A DNA stretch of 26,418 nucleotides, from positions 1-26,418 of IMG/VR virus record IMGVR_UViG_3300043442_000426; one strand, given 5' to 3'. The notes under the pieces were generated by a model. It did not search any database. It saw only the letters and a program-made list of their open reading frames with translations, and was not told where the DNA came from. Below, in pieces: positions 8,558 to 17,756 of the stretch (the first letter of the stretch is position 1; each line of letters starts with the position of its first letter). Source of the DNA: a virus. Lineage: Duplodnaviria > Caudoviricetes. The position numbers and the translations under genes are program-made.

Positions 8558-10251
8558 TGGGTGTAGGTGATCTCGCGGCAGCGAACATGGCGCAGCCCGC
8601 GCCGGTAGCTAAGCCTGTTCAACCGGCTCAGCCAAAAGACCTTGGGCTGAATGCACAGAACTTCACCTGGACGGAGTTGGCGAAGCGCGTTCTTGCTGCC
8701 CCAGGTGCGGCTCGTCCTGGGGACATGAGCTACGGCCTGGCCAAGGGTGGCGTTGTGCCAGAGCCTCAGGCGACGGCAACGCCGCAGATGGCGCCTGCCG
8801 ATCTGCCCGGCATCGAACGACAAGACCCTAACGAAGTCGAGCGTCTTGCCGCACGATTTGGGCAGCAGCCGGAGGGTGGGGCTGGCGCCGCTGGCGGCGT
8901 CAGTGTCGGCTCGCTCGGCGGATACAAGGCTCGCACACTCTCGCTGCCGGAGGAAATCGAGCGAGCCTCGACGCAGGCAAGTGGCGCAATCCAGGCCGAG
9001 CTGGAGGCCGGCCGGCGATATGCGCAGCAGGTGACGCCGCTCCAGGCCCAGGAGTCGCAGCGTGTGCAGCAGCGCCTGGCGGCAGAGGAAGGCCGCATGG
9101 GCCGGCTCGTCGACCTCGGCAAGCAGCAGCAGACGCTTACAGATGAGATGAGCAAGCGCGTCGAATCGTTCCGCGTCGACCCGAACCGCATCTTCGGCCA
9201 GGGTGGCGAGCGCGCAGCGACTACCTTTGGGCTCGGTATCGCATCCACGCTCTCGAACATCGGCGAAGCCATGCAGGGCAAGGCGGCAACGAACCAGATC
9301 CTCTCGCTGGTGCAGAACCGCATCGCGCAGGACATCGGGCTCCAGGAGAACGACTACCGTCGTATGCTTCAGGGCTACGAGGTGAAGCGCAACGGCCTCA
9401 TGGACGCCATCCGCCAGGTCGGCGACGAGCGCCTTGGCGCAGAGGCACTGGCGAAGCAGCAGGGGCTCTTTTACGCAGACCAGCTTGGCAAGATTGCGAA
9501 GCAGGTGGGGCTTACGGACGCGCAGGCAGCCCGCCCGCTCCTCGAAGCGCAAGCGCGCATCCTTCAGGGCCTCGGCGAGCAGAAGGGCCGCGTCGAGCAG
9601 TTCAACGTGGCGGCGCAGAACCAGCAGGCGCAGTTCAACGCGCAGCTCGAAGCGCAGCGCCGTCAGCTCGAAGCGCAGCTCAGGGCTTCTAGCGTCAGCT
9701 ACGGCGCCCTCGACAAAGAGGACAAGGCGCGCGTGCGCGAGCAGCTTACGCTCGCAGAGAAGCAGGGGCTCTACACGCGCGGCGAGCAGACGCGCGACAT
9801 GCTCAACCAGCTCAAGGCCAACCCGAACGTGGCCAAGGAAGCCAGTGGCGTCATTGCGAACGTGGTGCGTAGCATCGCGAACGAGAAGGACATCTCCACG
9901 ATCGACAACATCGTGCGCAACATCGCGCTCGAACAGCTTTCGCCGGAAGGACAAACCTTCGTGCGGTCGTGGCAGAACTTCGTCGGAGCACGCTTGCGTG
10001 CGCTTGGCGGCACTGCAATCACCGCGAACGAACGTGCGCTGTTTGACATGCGCAACTACGCGACACCGCAGCAGTTTCAGGCGCTTCTCGGGGAAGAGTC
10101 GCGTAAGGTCCGCACCGAGGCAGAGTCGCTGCTCAAGTCTTCGGGCACGAGTGGCGCCGCTCGCGACTGGCTCGCCTATCAGCTCAAGGACCTGTACGGC
10201 GACGTCGTTACGCCGCCGCCGCCGCCGCCTGCCGCTCCGGGGACCAAATGA
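8557..10251 (+). CDS. Internal virion / DNA ejection-like protein 2, about 564 aa
   Basis: GAGAGG RBS and TGATG overlap (alternative GTG start at 8554); Q/A/E-rich coiled-coil-like sequence; C-terminal PPPPPP. Confidence 0.6.
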   Translation: MGVGDLAAANMAQPAPVAKPVQPAQPKDLGLNAQNFTWTELAKRVLAAPGAARPGDMSYGLAKGGVVPEPQATATPQMAPADLPGIERQDPNEVERLAARFGQQPEGGAGAAGGVSVGSLGGYKARTLSLPEEIERASTQASGAIQAELEAGRRYAQQVTPLQAQESQRVQQRLAAEEGRMGRLVDLGKQQQTLTDEMSKRVESFRVDPNRIFGQGGERAATTFGLGIASTLSNIGEAMQGKAATNQILSLVQNRIAQDIGLQENDYRRMLQGYEVKRNGLMDAIRQVGDERLGAEALAKQQGLFYADQLGKIAKQVGLTDAQAARPLLEAQARILQGLGEQKGRVEQFNVAAQNQQAQFNAQLEAQRRQLEAQLRASSVSYGALDKEDKARVREQLTLAEKQGLYTRGEQTRDMLNQLKANPNVAKEASGVIANVVRSIANEKDISTIDNIVRNIALEQLSPEGQTFVRSWQNFVGARLRALGGTAITANERALFDMRNYATPQQFQALLGEESRKVRTEAESLLKSSGTSGAARDWLAYQLKDLYGDVVTPPPPPPAAPGTK

Positions 10252-13200
10252 AGCTCTACGACAAGACCGCGAAGCAGCTCATCGACGTCAACCCTAGCGA
10301 CGTCCCGGCCGCGCTCGCGACGGGCAAGTTCTCGTTCGAGAAGAACCAGAAGGTTCCGATCAACTACGAGGGCAAGCTCATGTTTACGACCCCGGAGTAC
10401 GCGGGGCGTTATCGTGACCGGCTCACGTTCGCAAACGAGGCGGACGTCGAGCAGGCATCCGCTGAGCGTGCGACCTCCGGCATTGGCGGCGCAGTGGAAG
10501 CGACTGCGCTCGGCCTCGGCAAGGCGCTGACGCTTGGCGCTGGCCCCGCAGTCCTCGGCGCAGTCAGCGAGACGGCTCGCGAGCGCATGCGCGAGCTTGA
10601 GCTTGGCCGTCCGAACATCACCGCCGCAGCGGAGTTTGGCGGCCTGCTCGTCGACCCGTTCGCGCTTGCTGGCCGTGTCGGTCAGCGGCTTGCGGGCAGG
10701 GGTGCTGCGCAAGCTGCCGAGGTGGCAGCGGCACAACGGGCGGCGGTATCGCCTGCACTGCGGCTTGGCGAGGCTGCGACGGGGGCGGTGGTGCCTCCTG
10801 CGCAGACGGCGGTGAGGGCGGCGGAGCAGACGTTGGAGCTGGGCGGGCAGAGGGCGGCCATGGGTGGTGTCAGCCAAGCTATGCCTACGCTTGGCGGAGC
10901 GCAAGCTCTTGCGCCTACGGCTGAAGAAGCGGCATCGCTTGCCTTCCGTTCGCGTGCCCGTCAGTCGATGGCGGGACGTGGCCAGGCTGCGGCTCGCGCT
11001 GCTGAGGAGCAGGCTGCGGCTGACGAGCTGTCGTTGGCGTTCCGTCCTTCGACGGGGCCTGTGTCCCCTGCGGAGCCCGGGCTGCGCCTTGGCGCAGACC
11101 CGTTCCGCACTCCTGAGCTTGCCATGCGCGCTCGTCAGGCCGAGGAGCTTACGACTCGTGCGGCTGGCGCTCGTGCAGCCGAGGCTCGTGCAGCCGAAGA
11201 GGCTGCGGCAATGGAGCGTGGTCTTGCTCCTGGCCAGGTTGGGCCTGTCGAGGACTTCGCCCAGATGCCTAGCTCGGCGATGGAGAGCGAGTTCTTGCAG
11301 TCGGAACTCTCGCGTATCGACGACGCTCTTGAGGCCAACGCTGCGGCTGCTCGCCGTGCGCGTTCGCAGGCCAGCCGTGACCGCATCGGCGCAGAGCGGG
11401 AGCGCCTGCTTGCAGAGCGGGAGCGCCTGGACGTTGGCGCCATGCGTACGGGCATCCAGGCCGAGGAGGACTTGGCGGCTCAGGCTGGCCGTGCGTTCGA
11501 GGCGACCCAGATGCAGGCTGCGGCGCCTGCTCGTGCGCTTGAAGCCGAGCGCATGGGCCGCATGGCTGGCGAGATTGAGGCGGCCAACGTGGCCACCGCG
11601 TCTCCCCGTGCGGCGACTGCGCCTATTCCAGAGAACGTGTCGCCTGCGATGTCCTTCGGTGAGCGCATCGCGGGGCTCCGTGGTGAGGTTACGCCACCGA
11701 ACGTCTCGCCTGCTGGCATTGGCGCGCTGGAGACGCCAGGTATGGTGTCTGCGCCTGGCGCGCTGCGCATGGGCCCGGCTGGCAGGATGGCAGAGGAAGC
11801 CGTTGAGGGTGGCGCCGGGCTTCGCCTTGGAGAGGCCCCGCGCGGCGCCCAGGAGGCGCTTGGCGACCTCGCAGCGGGCGCACCCATGCCGCAGCTGCCA
11901 GCGATGCCAAAAGCCCCGTACGAGCCGACTGTGGCCGGGCAGGCGCTGCAGGGCGCGGTGTACGGCGGCGCGTCGCAGGCGTACAAGCAGGAGCTTGGCC
12001 TGGAGCCTGGCGGCGTAGGCGAAGTGCTCGCGGCCACGGCGCTAGGCGGCGCCATCGGCAAGGGCCTGTCGCTCGGCGGCAAGGCGCTCGTCAAGGGCCA
12101 GAAGGCGCTCACGGACGTCGCTGCGGAGAGCGCTCCTAGCTCGCTCGCGAGCATGATCGGCAAGGCTGCGTCGAGCGTCGAGCGCACCCACCTGCTCCGG
12201 CAGTGGGGCCAGTCGCAGAAGGCCGTGCGCAAGCTCAACGAGCGCTTCACCGAGGACGAGCTTGGCAAGCTCGGTTCGACCGCGATGACGGACTACGTTC
12301 GCAACGCGGCGGCGCGCATCGAGGAGCTGAAGGCGGCGCATCCGGAGAACCAGTTCCTCCAGAGCATCAACGTGGGGACGAAGGGCCTCACGTTCACGAA
12401 CCTCTCGGCCGAGCAGCGCAACGCCATGGCACAGGTGCTCCGCGAGGAGGCCGGCAAGGCTGTCGAGGCCATGTACGGCCCGGCGCTCAATCAGGTCGTC
12501 AGCCCGCAGGCCATCGACGCGGCTCTTGCGCGCGTCGAGAAGAAGCTCCGCACGCGCGGTATGGGCGACATCCCGCTCCAGGACATCCGCGCCGAGTTGG
12601 ACGCGCTGCGCGAATCACTCGCCAAGCGTGAGCCGTATACGGTCGGCGACCTGCGACAGTACGAGATCGCCACGAGCCGGCGCTTCCAGGAGCGCCAGGG
12701 CATCCACGAGCCTCTGACCAGCGCGCAGTCCACCTTCCGCAACGAGATCAAGAACCTCTACCTCGACGCCGCGGAACAGGTCACGCCTGGCATCCGGCAG
12801 CAGCTTGTGGTGCCTAACCGCAACTACACGCTCGCCGACATGCTCGCGGTCGGTGCGGAGGATGCGCTGGCCAAGGGGGAAACGACGTCCGCGGTGGGCC
12901 GCGACTCGCTTGCGCAGTTCGCCCTCGGTGCGTTCGCGATGGTGCAGCCCATCCCGGCTGCGCTCTTCTTCCTCGGCACGACGGCGCTGCGTGGGCTCTA
13001 CAACCAGCGCGGCGACGGCTTCATCGCCGACATGGCCGGGAAGGTGGCCCGCAAGTCCGCAAGCGTGGCAGCCGCTCCGGAGGTTGCCGCACGCGAAGTC
13101 ACGCAGAGCATCCTGAACGCGCAGCGCCCGCTGCTCGGGGCGTTCAACGCGGAGAAGCTGGTCGACGTGAAGCCGACCGACTACACGAGCCTTTCGCAGG

Positions 13201-13769
13201 GCATCCGCGAGCTGGCCGCGTCGACGGACTTCGCGCACGAGCGCATCCGCCAGGCGACGGCCAACCTGCCGCCCGACCAGCAGGAGCGCTTCATCGCCGA
13301 CTACGACGCGACGATGCAGAAACTCGTCGACGAGATGCCGAAGGGCATCCCGACGCAGAAGGCGCTGAGCGAGGCGGAGCGTCGCTGGACGGTCATGGCG
13401 CGCAGCCTGTTCGACCACGCCTACGCGACGCAGCTCATCGCCAACGGTGGCCCGATGGCTCCGGCGGCGGCGCAGGGCCTCGCCATGATTCCGAACGGGC
13501 AGAAGTACCTCGACGAGCTGGCGAGCAACCTCCAGCGCGCCATCGCGGAGAACGAGAAGCTGCGCGGGGACCAGCAGCTTGCGACCGTGGCCCGCAACTT
13601 CGCCAAGGTGAAGACGGGCGGCGGCGGCATCCGCATCCAGCGCATCGTGAGCGGCATGGGCCAGCAAGCCTTCCAGCCGCCCGCTGGTGGGCGTTTGCCG
13701 ACGCCGGGCGCCTCCGGGCAAGCTGCGGCACGAAACGCCTTTGGCGCTGCCACTGCGGGCCAGCGATGA
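10248..13769 (+). CDS. Large internal virion / DNA ejection-like protein 3, 1173 aa
   Basis: ATGA overlap with the upstream gene; Ala/Gly-rich helical protein with glycine-zipper-like segments and a hydrophobic stretch (FALGAFAMVQPIPAALFFLG). Largest and last of the three, as in podovirus ejection cassettes. Confidence 0.6.
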   Translation: MKLYDKTAKQLIDVNPSDVPAALATGKFSFEKNQKVPINYEGKLMFTTPEYAGRYRDRLTFANEADVEQASAERATSGIGGAVEATALGLGKALTLGAGPAVLGAVSETARERMRELELGRPNITAAAEFGGLLVDPFALAGRVGQRLAGRGAAQAAEVAAAQRAAVSPALRLGEAATGAVVPPAQTAVRAAEQTLELGGQRAAMGGVSQAMPTLGGAQALAPTAEEAASLAFRSRARQSMAGRGQAAARAAEEQAAADELSLAFRPSTGPVSPAEPGLRLGADPFRTPELAMRARQAEELTTRAAGARAAEARAAEEAAAMERGLAPGQVGPVEDFAQMPSSAMESEFLQSELSRIDDALEANAAAARRARSQASRDRIGAERERLLAERERLDVGAMRTGIQAEEDLAAQAGRAFEATQMQAAAPARALEAERMGRMAGEIEAANVATASPRAATAPIPENVSPAMSFGERIAGLRGEVTPPNVSPAGIGALETPGMVSAPGALRMGPAGRMAEEAVEGGAGLRLGEAPRGAQEALGDLAAGAPMPQLPAMPKAPYEPTVAGQALQGAVYGGASQAYKQELGLEPGGVGEVLAATALGGAIGKGLSLGGKALVKGQKALTDVAAESAPSSLASMIGKAASSVERTHLLRQWGQSQKAVRKLNERFTEDELGKLGSTAMTDYVRNAAARIEELKAAHPENQFLQSINVGTKGLTFTNLSAEQRNAMAQVLREEAGKAVEAMYGPALNQVVSPQAIDAALARVEKKLRTRGMGDIPLQDIRAELDALRESLAKREPYTVGDLRQYEIATSRRFQERQGIHEPLTSAQSTFRNEIKNLYLDAAEQVTPGIRQQLVVPNRNYTLADMLAVGAEDALAKGETTSAVGRDSLAQFALGAFAMVQPIPAALFFLGTTALRGLYNQRGDGFIADMAGKVARKSASVAAAPEVAAREVTQSILNAQRPLLGAFNAEKLVDVKPTDYTSLSQGIRELAASTDFAHERIRQATANLPPDQQERFIADYDATMQKLVDEMPKGIPTQKALSEAERRWTVMARSLFDHAYATQLIANGGPMAPAAAQGLAMIPNGQKYLDELASNLQRAIAENEKLRGDQQLATVARNFAKVKTGGGGIRIQRIVSGMGQQAFQPPAGGRLPTPGASGQAAARNAFGAATAGQR

Positions 13770-13813
13770 TAGGGTGAGACTTGCTTAGAGTGTCCAACTG
13801 AGAGGAGAAGGCT

Positions 13814-14242
13814 ATGAGGACTGGAAGCGCGATTGCGAATGGGGTGCGTCAGTACGCGGTGAGCGTGACGAACGCGCAGTGGTTCCAACTGGAGAGCGCG
13901 ACGGGAGGAGTCGTCGCCGACTCTGGCCTCGCGGCCTCGATGCCAGTGCGCCGCTGGCGCGGGCAGGTCGGCACGGGTACGAACACGGCTGCGCAGGAGC
14001 GTACGCCGCAGGACTACGTTCAGGGCCTTCTCATCCAGAACACGAGTGCGACGCTTACGCTCTACCTGACGACGACGCTCGACCAGTCTGGTGCGGCGCC
14101 GGCTGTTGGCGACCGCGCTGTGGCGAACTGCATCGCCATCGCGCCTACGGATACCATCCGTCTCGACAACACGGACGCGAGCAAGATCTACCTGCGGGCA
14201 AGCGCGGCTGGCCCCATCATCGCGACCGTCCTCGCGACCTGA
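13814..14242 (+). CDS. Hypothetical virion protein (possible tail fibre adaptor), 142 aa
   Basis: RBS GAGGAG; beta-rich; immediately upstream of the tail fibre gene. Confidence 0.55.
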   Translation: MRTGSAIANGVRQYAVSVTNAQWFQLESATGGVVADSGLAASMPVRRWRGQVGTGTNTAAQERTPQDYVQGLLIQNTSATLTLYLTTTLDQSGAAPAVGDRAVANCIAIAPTDTIRLDNTDASKIYLRASAAGPIIATVLAT

Positions 14243-14254
14243 GAGGAGAGCCAC

Positions 14255-15808
14255 ATGAGCGCACCAGCTATCATCTCCTCTGGCACCGCAGCCGGTGGGC
14301 CTCCCGTCGGCGGCTCCGGCACCCCCGGCACGATCCCGGTGTGGAGTTCGGGGACGACGCTTGGGAACAGCAGCATCACGGACAACGGATCATCCGTTCA
14401 AATTGGACTGTTGACCATTGTCAACAACGTCAACGGGTTGCGCGTAACCGACGGCGGCGGAACCAACGTCGCCCGCATTTCGCAATCGGGCGCGACATCC
14501 ATCTTCGACGCGCTCGCACCAAGCGGGACGTTTCGACTGCGCACGAACGCGGGCACCGTCGATGCCATTTTCGCCAGCGCAGCCGGCAACGTCGGCATCG
14601 GCACGGCGAGTCCGTATGCACGCGCGTCTGTCCGTGGGGGCTCAAACGACGGCATCGGGGTGTGGTCGACCGCTGTGACAACGGCCGGATCTCCGATTGG
14701 TGGCTCACTGTTCCTTGGGGACGCCAATTTTTACAACGCTGGCTTTTACAATCAAGCACCGGGCCTTTCCGCCGTCTTCGATGTATCCACATCGGTTGCA
14801 GCGGCGCTCGCTTTTTATACCTACAGCGGGACGAATCGCATCGAACGCGCCCGCATCGACAGCGCGGGCAACGTCGGCATTGGCACGGCGACGCCGGTCG
14901 GACGCGCCGATGTGGCGGGAACAAGCGTCAATCAGTCCGGTTGGGGTCTGCTTTCCGTCCAGTCAAACGACGCGCAAGGCGCAGACAAGGGCGGCTCCAT
15001 TACGTTTGGCGGCGTCTATGACGCGTCCACCGCGACGCATTGGGCGCAGATCAGCGGTCGCAAAGAGAACGGCACCAGCGGACAGTACGGCGGGTATCTT
15101 GCGTTTGCTACGCGCACGAACGGCGCCGGCACGAATGCCGAGCGCATGCGCCTCGACAGCTTGGGCCGACTGCTCGTCGGCACCGCGACGGCGCCCGCGT
15201 CGGCGTCCGTCAACATCGTTAGTTTCAAAGCAAGCGGCTCTGGCGGTATGCAGTGGCATAACGCAGCGGGCGGAAATGGTGGACTCGCCATTGTTCCGCT
15301 TAGCTCTGGTGGGGCGAACTTGTACTCGTACACGGGGGCAATCGGTGCCGAGAGCTATGGCTCCATTTCGGCAACCCTCGGCCCGTCGTCCCTCGACATC
15401 TCGTCCACCCCCAACTACGGCCTCAAGCTCCCCGCGACGCCGGGCAACGCGGACACGCAGACGCTGGATTGCTACGAAGAGAATACGTGGACTCCGACGC
15501 GAGCGGGCTTCGGAGGCACAAACCCAACCGTAACGGCGAGTTACACTCGCGTCGGTCGCTTGGTGACTATTACGGTACGAATGGTTGCGACGGGCGGAGC
15601 GCAGTACAGCGGCACCAGCCCAACAACGACCCTAAGCCTTCCGGCCACAATCACGCCTGCCGCGAACACAACGGCGTCGTCGATTATGGTTTACGGAGAC
15701 ACGACGACGGTCGGCACCGTTACGGCATGGAACGATGGATTTATCTATTTGCCGACGTTTGCGCTGACGACACAGCAGACAGCCTTCAGCATCACCTACC
15801 GCGTGTAA
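14255..15808 (+). CDS. Tail fibre / receptor-binding protein, 517 aa
   Basis: RBS GAGGAG; Gly/Thr/Ser-rich; GNVGIGT motif twice, ER(A/M)R(I/L)DS.G twice and LDCYEENTWTP (LDDYEEGTWTP-type) motif, all typical of phage fibres. Confidence 0.8.
   Translation: MSAPAIISSGTAAGGPPVGGSGTPGTIPVWSSGTTLGNSSITDNGSSVQIGLLTIVNNVNGLRVTDGGGTNVARISQSGATSIFDALAPSGTFRLRTNAGTVDAIFASAAGNVGIGTASPYARASVRGGSNDGIGVWSTAVTTAGSPIGGSLFLGDANFYNAGFYNQAPGLSAVFDVSTSVAAALAFYTYSGTNRIERARIDSAGNVGIGTATPVGRADVAGTSVNQSGWGLLSVQSNDAQGADKGGSITFGGVYDASTATHWAQISGRKENGTSGQYGGYLAFATRTNGAGTNAERMRLDSLGRLLVGTATAPASASVNIVSFKASGSGGMQWHNAAGGNGGLAIVPLSSGGANLYSYTGAIGAESYGSISATLGPSSLDISSTPNYGLKLPATPGNADTQTLDCYEENTWTPTRAGFGGTNPTVTASYTRVGRLVTITVRMVATGGAQYSGTSPTTTLSLPATITPAANTTASSIMVYGDTTTVGTVTAWNDGFIYLPTFALTTQQTAFSITYRV
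14585..14891 (+). repeat. 25-bp direct repeat (24/25 identical) encoding GNVGIGTA
   Basis: ggcaacgtcggcatcggcacggcga at 14585-14609 and ggcaacgtcggcattggcacggcga at 14867-14891. Confidence 0.9.
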
Positions 15809-15817
15809 GGATCCCCC

Positions 15818-16138
15818 ATGTTCGCCACCATCGAACCCGTCCAAGTCTTCCCGAGCACCGCGACGGTGCTCTCCATCAACAACGTGAACGTGCAGCCGGG
15901 CGCCTCTGCGAGCTACCAATGGTGGCTCCAGAACGCCGAGCGCGCGAACCTCACGACCGGCACCATCAACCTCACGGGCGACGCCTACGCCGCGTGGGGC
16001 ACGGATGACGACTACCTCTACACCTACACCGCCGCGCAGCTCGGCCTGACCATCGTCGAGATCGTCCCCGACGCCCCGCCCGCTCCCGAGCCGACGCCGG
16101 AGCCCGCGCCGACCGAGGAGCCTGCACCGGTCGAATGA
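15818..16138 (+). CDS. Tail fibre-associated protein (assembly/chaperone-like), 106 aa
   Basis: RBS AAGGA; G.I.LTG.AYAAWG.DD.Y motif resembles small proteins that follow phage fibre genes; Pro/Glu-rich tail. Confidence 0.55.
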   Translation: MFATIEPVQVFPSTATVLSINNVNVQPGASASYQWWLQNAERANLTTGTINLTGDAYAAWGTDDDYLYTYTAAQLGLTIVEIVPDAPPAPEPTPEPAPTEEPAPVE

Positions 16139-16410
16139 AGCTCACGCCGCAGCACCAGGAGCACGCTCGGGCCAAGCTCGAAAAGCTCTGGCGCTGCAAG
16201 GCGTGCGACTTCTGCGGCGGAAGCAGCCTCACGATCGCCGCAGACGTCGTGGAGCTGCGAGCTTTTCACGGTGGCGCGCTTGTCGATTGTGGATCCGTGA
16301 CGCCCGCCGTTGCGGCACTATGCGCAACGTGCGGTGCCACCAAACTCTTTAACGCCATCGTGCTCGGGCTTATCGACCCGGACACTGGTAAACCAAGGAT
16401 GAACACATGA
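16135..16410 (+). CDS. Putative zinc-ribbon protein, 91 aa
   Basis: CKACDFCG and CATCG motifs; ATGA overlaps at both ends. Confidence 0.6.
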   Translation: MKLTPQHQEHARAKLEKLWRCKACDFCGGSSLTIAADVVELRAFHGGALVDCGSVTPAVAALCATCGATKLFNAIVLGLIDPDTGKPRMNT

Positions 16411-16598
16411 GTCTCAACGAATCCCAAGCCGCGCAGGTGCTCGTGCAGGCGCTCGCCAAGGGGCAAGCCCGCGGCGCGTACGAGATCCACGAAAGCGCGC
16501 TCATTCACGAGGCGCTTACGCTCCTCGGACCCAAGCTCGGCCTCGTGGCGGAGCAGGTGCCGGCGCAGGTCGCAGACACGCAACCCCCGGAGGCGTGA
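16407..16598 (+). CDS. Hypothetical protein, 63 aa
   Basis: ATGA overlap, AAGGA upstream, phage-typical codon bias. Confidence 0.6.
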   Translation: MSLNESQAAQVLVQALAKGQARGAYEIHESALIHEALTLLGPKLGLVAEQVPAQVADTQPPEA

Positions 16599-16599
16599 C

Positions 16600-16854
16600 A
16601 TGGCAACGGACAGCGCAGCAATCGCGAAGGCCGCGGCTCACGAGGCCGTGCGGGAGACGTTCTCTAAGCTCGGCGTCGACACCGACGACCAAGAGAGCGT
16701 GGACGCCTTCCGCGACGACCTGCGCTTTGCCCGCACGATCCGCACGAAGGCGAGCATGGGCACCGATGCCGTGCTCAAGCTCGTCTTTCTCGCCATCGCC
16801 AGCGCCATCATGGGCGCGGTGGCCAAGGCGTTTCACATCGGGCCGGTCCAATGA
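16600..16854 (+). CDS. Small membrane protein (holin/antiholin-like candidate), 84 aa
   Basis: GGAGG RBS; C-terminal hydrophobic helix AVLKLVFLAIASAIMGAVA; ATGA-coupled to the next gene. Not the frame of the overlapping 16595-16960 ORF. Confidence 0.55.
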   Translation: MATDSAAIAKAAAHEAVRETFSKLGVDTDDQESVDAFRDDLRFARTIRTKASMGTDAVLKLVFLAIASAIMGAVAKAFHIGPVQ

Positions 16855-17069
16855 ACGACAAGGTGGAGCTTTGGATGGTCTTCATTTGGCCCGCGCTTTC
16901 GGGCCTCTTGAACATCATCCTTCGCACCCGTACGCCCGAGGAGTGGGTGGAGCTGAATGACCGGAGCCCCCGGCGCGCAGCCTTCACCCGCTTCCTCCGG
17001 GCAACGGGACTGGACCCCGTGAAGATGGTCTCGGCCATCGGAGAGTTCGTGGCAGGAGGCAAGCAATGA
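16851..17069 (+). CDS. Small membrane protein (holin candidate), 72 aa
   Basis: N-terminal hydrophobic helix LWMVFIWPALSGLLNIIL; lies upstream of the endolysin. Confidence 0.5.
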   Translation: MNDKVELWMVFIWPALSGLLNIILRTRTPEEWVELNDRSPRRAAFTRFLRATGLDPVKMVSAIGEFVAGGKQ

Positions 17070-17296
17070 GTCATGCGAAACGGCTGGCGGTTCTGGTGGG
17101 CGCTCTGTCGTCTGCTTGCTGCACTCATCCGTGCAAGGTTGTCGCGGCGAACGCGGTCGCTCTCGACCAGTCGTGCGTCAAGGCGGTCGAGCACAACGGG
17201 GACGGCAGGCTCGCCGCGGCGTGCGGGCTCGCCTACGAGACGGTCAGGCAAGCGCTGAGCACGGGCCAGTGCAGCGCGGAGGTCGGCAAGCGATGA
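17066..17296 (+). CDS. Cys-rich putative lipoprotein (spanin candidate), 76 aa
   Basis: GGAGG RBS; basic N-region, hydrophobic core and lipobox-like LSSAC; 6 Cys. Confidence 0.5.
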   Translation: MSHAKRLAVLVGALSSACCTHPCKVVAANAVALDQSCVKAVEHNGDGRLAAACGLAYETVRQALSTGQCSAEVGKR

Positions 17297-17595
17297 GCAT
17301 CATCGACGACGGCAAGCTCGACTGGATCGCCATCCTGCTCCAACTGCTCAACATCGCAGAGGAAGCCGCAGGCATGCAGTTCCCTCGCTTCGACTCGGAC
17401 GGCAAGATGCTGCTTCCGGAGAGCCAGAGCGCGAAACTGGCGCTGCGCATGCTGGACACGCACGGCGTCGGCAACGCGCTCTTCGTGGCCGCCTGCAAGG
17501 CCGACCCATCCCTGCACTCGGCCGTGACGGTGGCCGCTCTCAACTGCCAGGACGCCGACAAGGCTCGCCTGCTGGATGCACTGAAAGGAGTCTGA
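17293..17595 (+). CDS. Hypothetical protein, 100 aa (MSIIDDGKLDWIAILLQLL...)
   Basis: ATG 17293 overlaps the upstream stop (ATGA) with GGAGG upstream; preferred to the track start at 17116. Confidence 0.6.
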   Translation: MSIIDDGKLDWIAILLQLLNIAEEAAGMQFPRFDSDGKMLLPESQSAKLALRMLDTHGVGNALFVAACKADPSLHSAVTVAALNCQDADKARLLDALKGV

Positions 17596-17597
17596 CT

Positions 17598-17756
17598 ATG
17601 CCCCTCGGAAAGAGTGTCGCCAAGAACATGCGTGAGCTGTACGCCGACAACGAGAAGCCCGGCAAAGAGAAGGGCGCTGGCGGCAAAAAGCGCAAGCGTA
17701 GCCAGATCATCGCCATCGCCATGCGCGCTGCCGGCAAGCCGATGAAAGGCGGTTGA
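17598..17756 (+). CDS. Small Lys-rich protein, 52 aa (MPLGKSVAKNMRELYADNEKPGKEKGAGGKKRKRSQIIAIAMRAAGKPMKGG); absent from the ORF track
   Basis: AAGGAG RBS, ATG 17598, TGA 17754-17756 overlapping the endolysin ATG. Resembles the common small phage MPL..N.REL...Q.IAIA...AGK family (DUF6496-like, from memory). Confidence 0.7.
   Translation: MPLGKSVAKNMRELYADNEKPGKEKGAGGKKRKRSQIIAIAMRAAGKPMKGG

Noticed and set aside
10841-10864. G-quadruplex pattern GGG-C-GGG-CAGA-GGG-CGGCCAT-GGG
   Set aside because: A single match in GC-rich coding DNA is expected by chance.
1192-13721. Long antisense ORFs (1192-2631, 2574-3953, 6096-7076, 8518-9954, 12615-13721)
   Set aside because: They mirror sense genes with strong C/G third-position bias, which removes antisense stops; no RBS or recognisable motifs.
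549-13776. TGATAG after three genes (549, 1208, 13767) and GATAGGGTG at 13768 and 19235 as a late-promoter motif or stop-codon recoding
   Set aside because: Simply explained as tandem stops; TAG, TGA and TAA all end genes at sensible boundaries; too few copies to support a motif.
14255-15808. Diversity-generating retroelement target or invertible fibre cassette
   Set aside because: No reverse transcriptase, no approximately 100-bp TR/VR pair differing at adenines, and no invertase or inverted crossover sites seen in the window.
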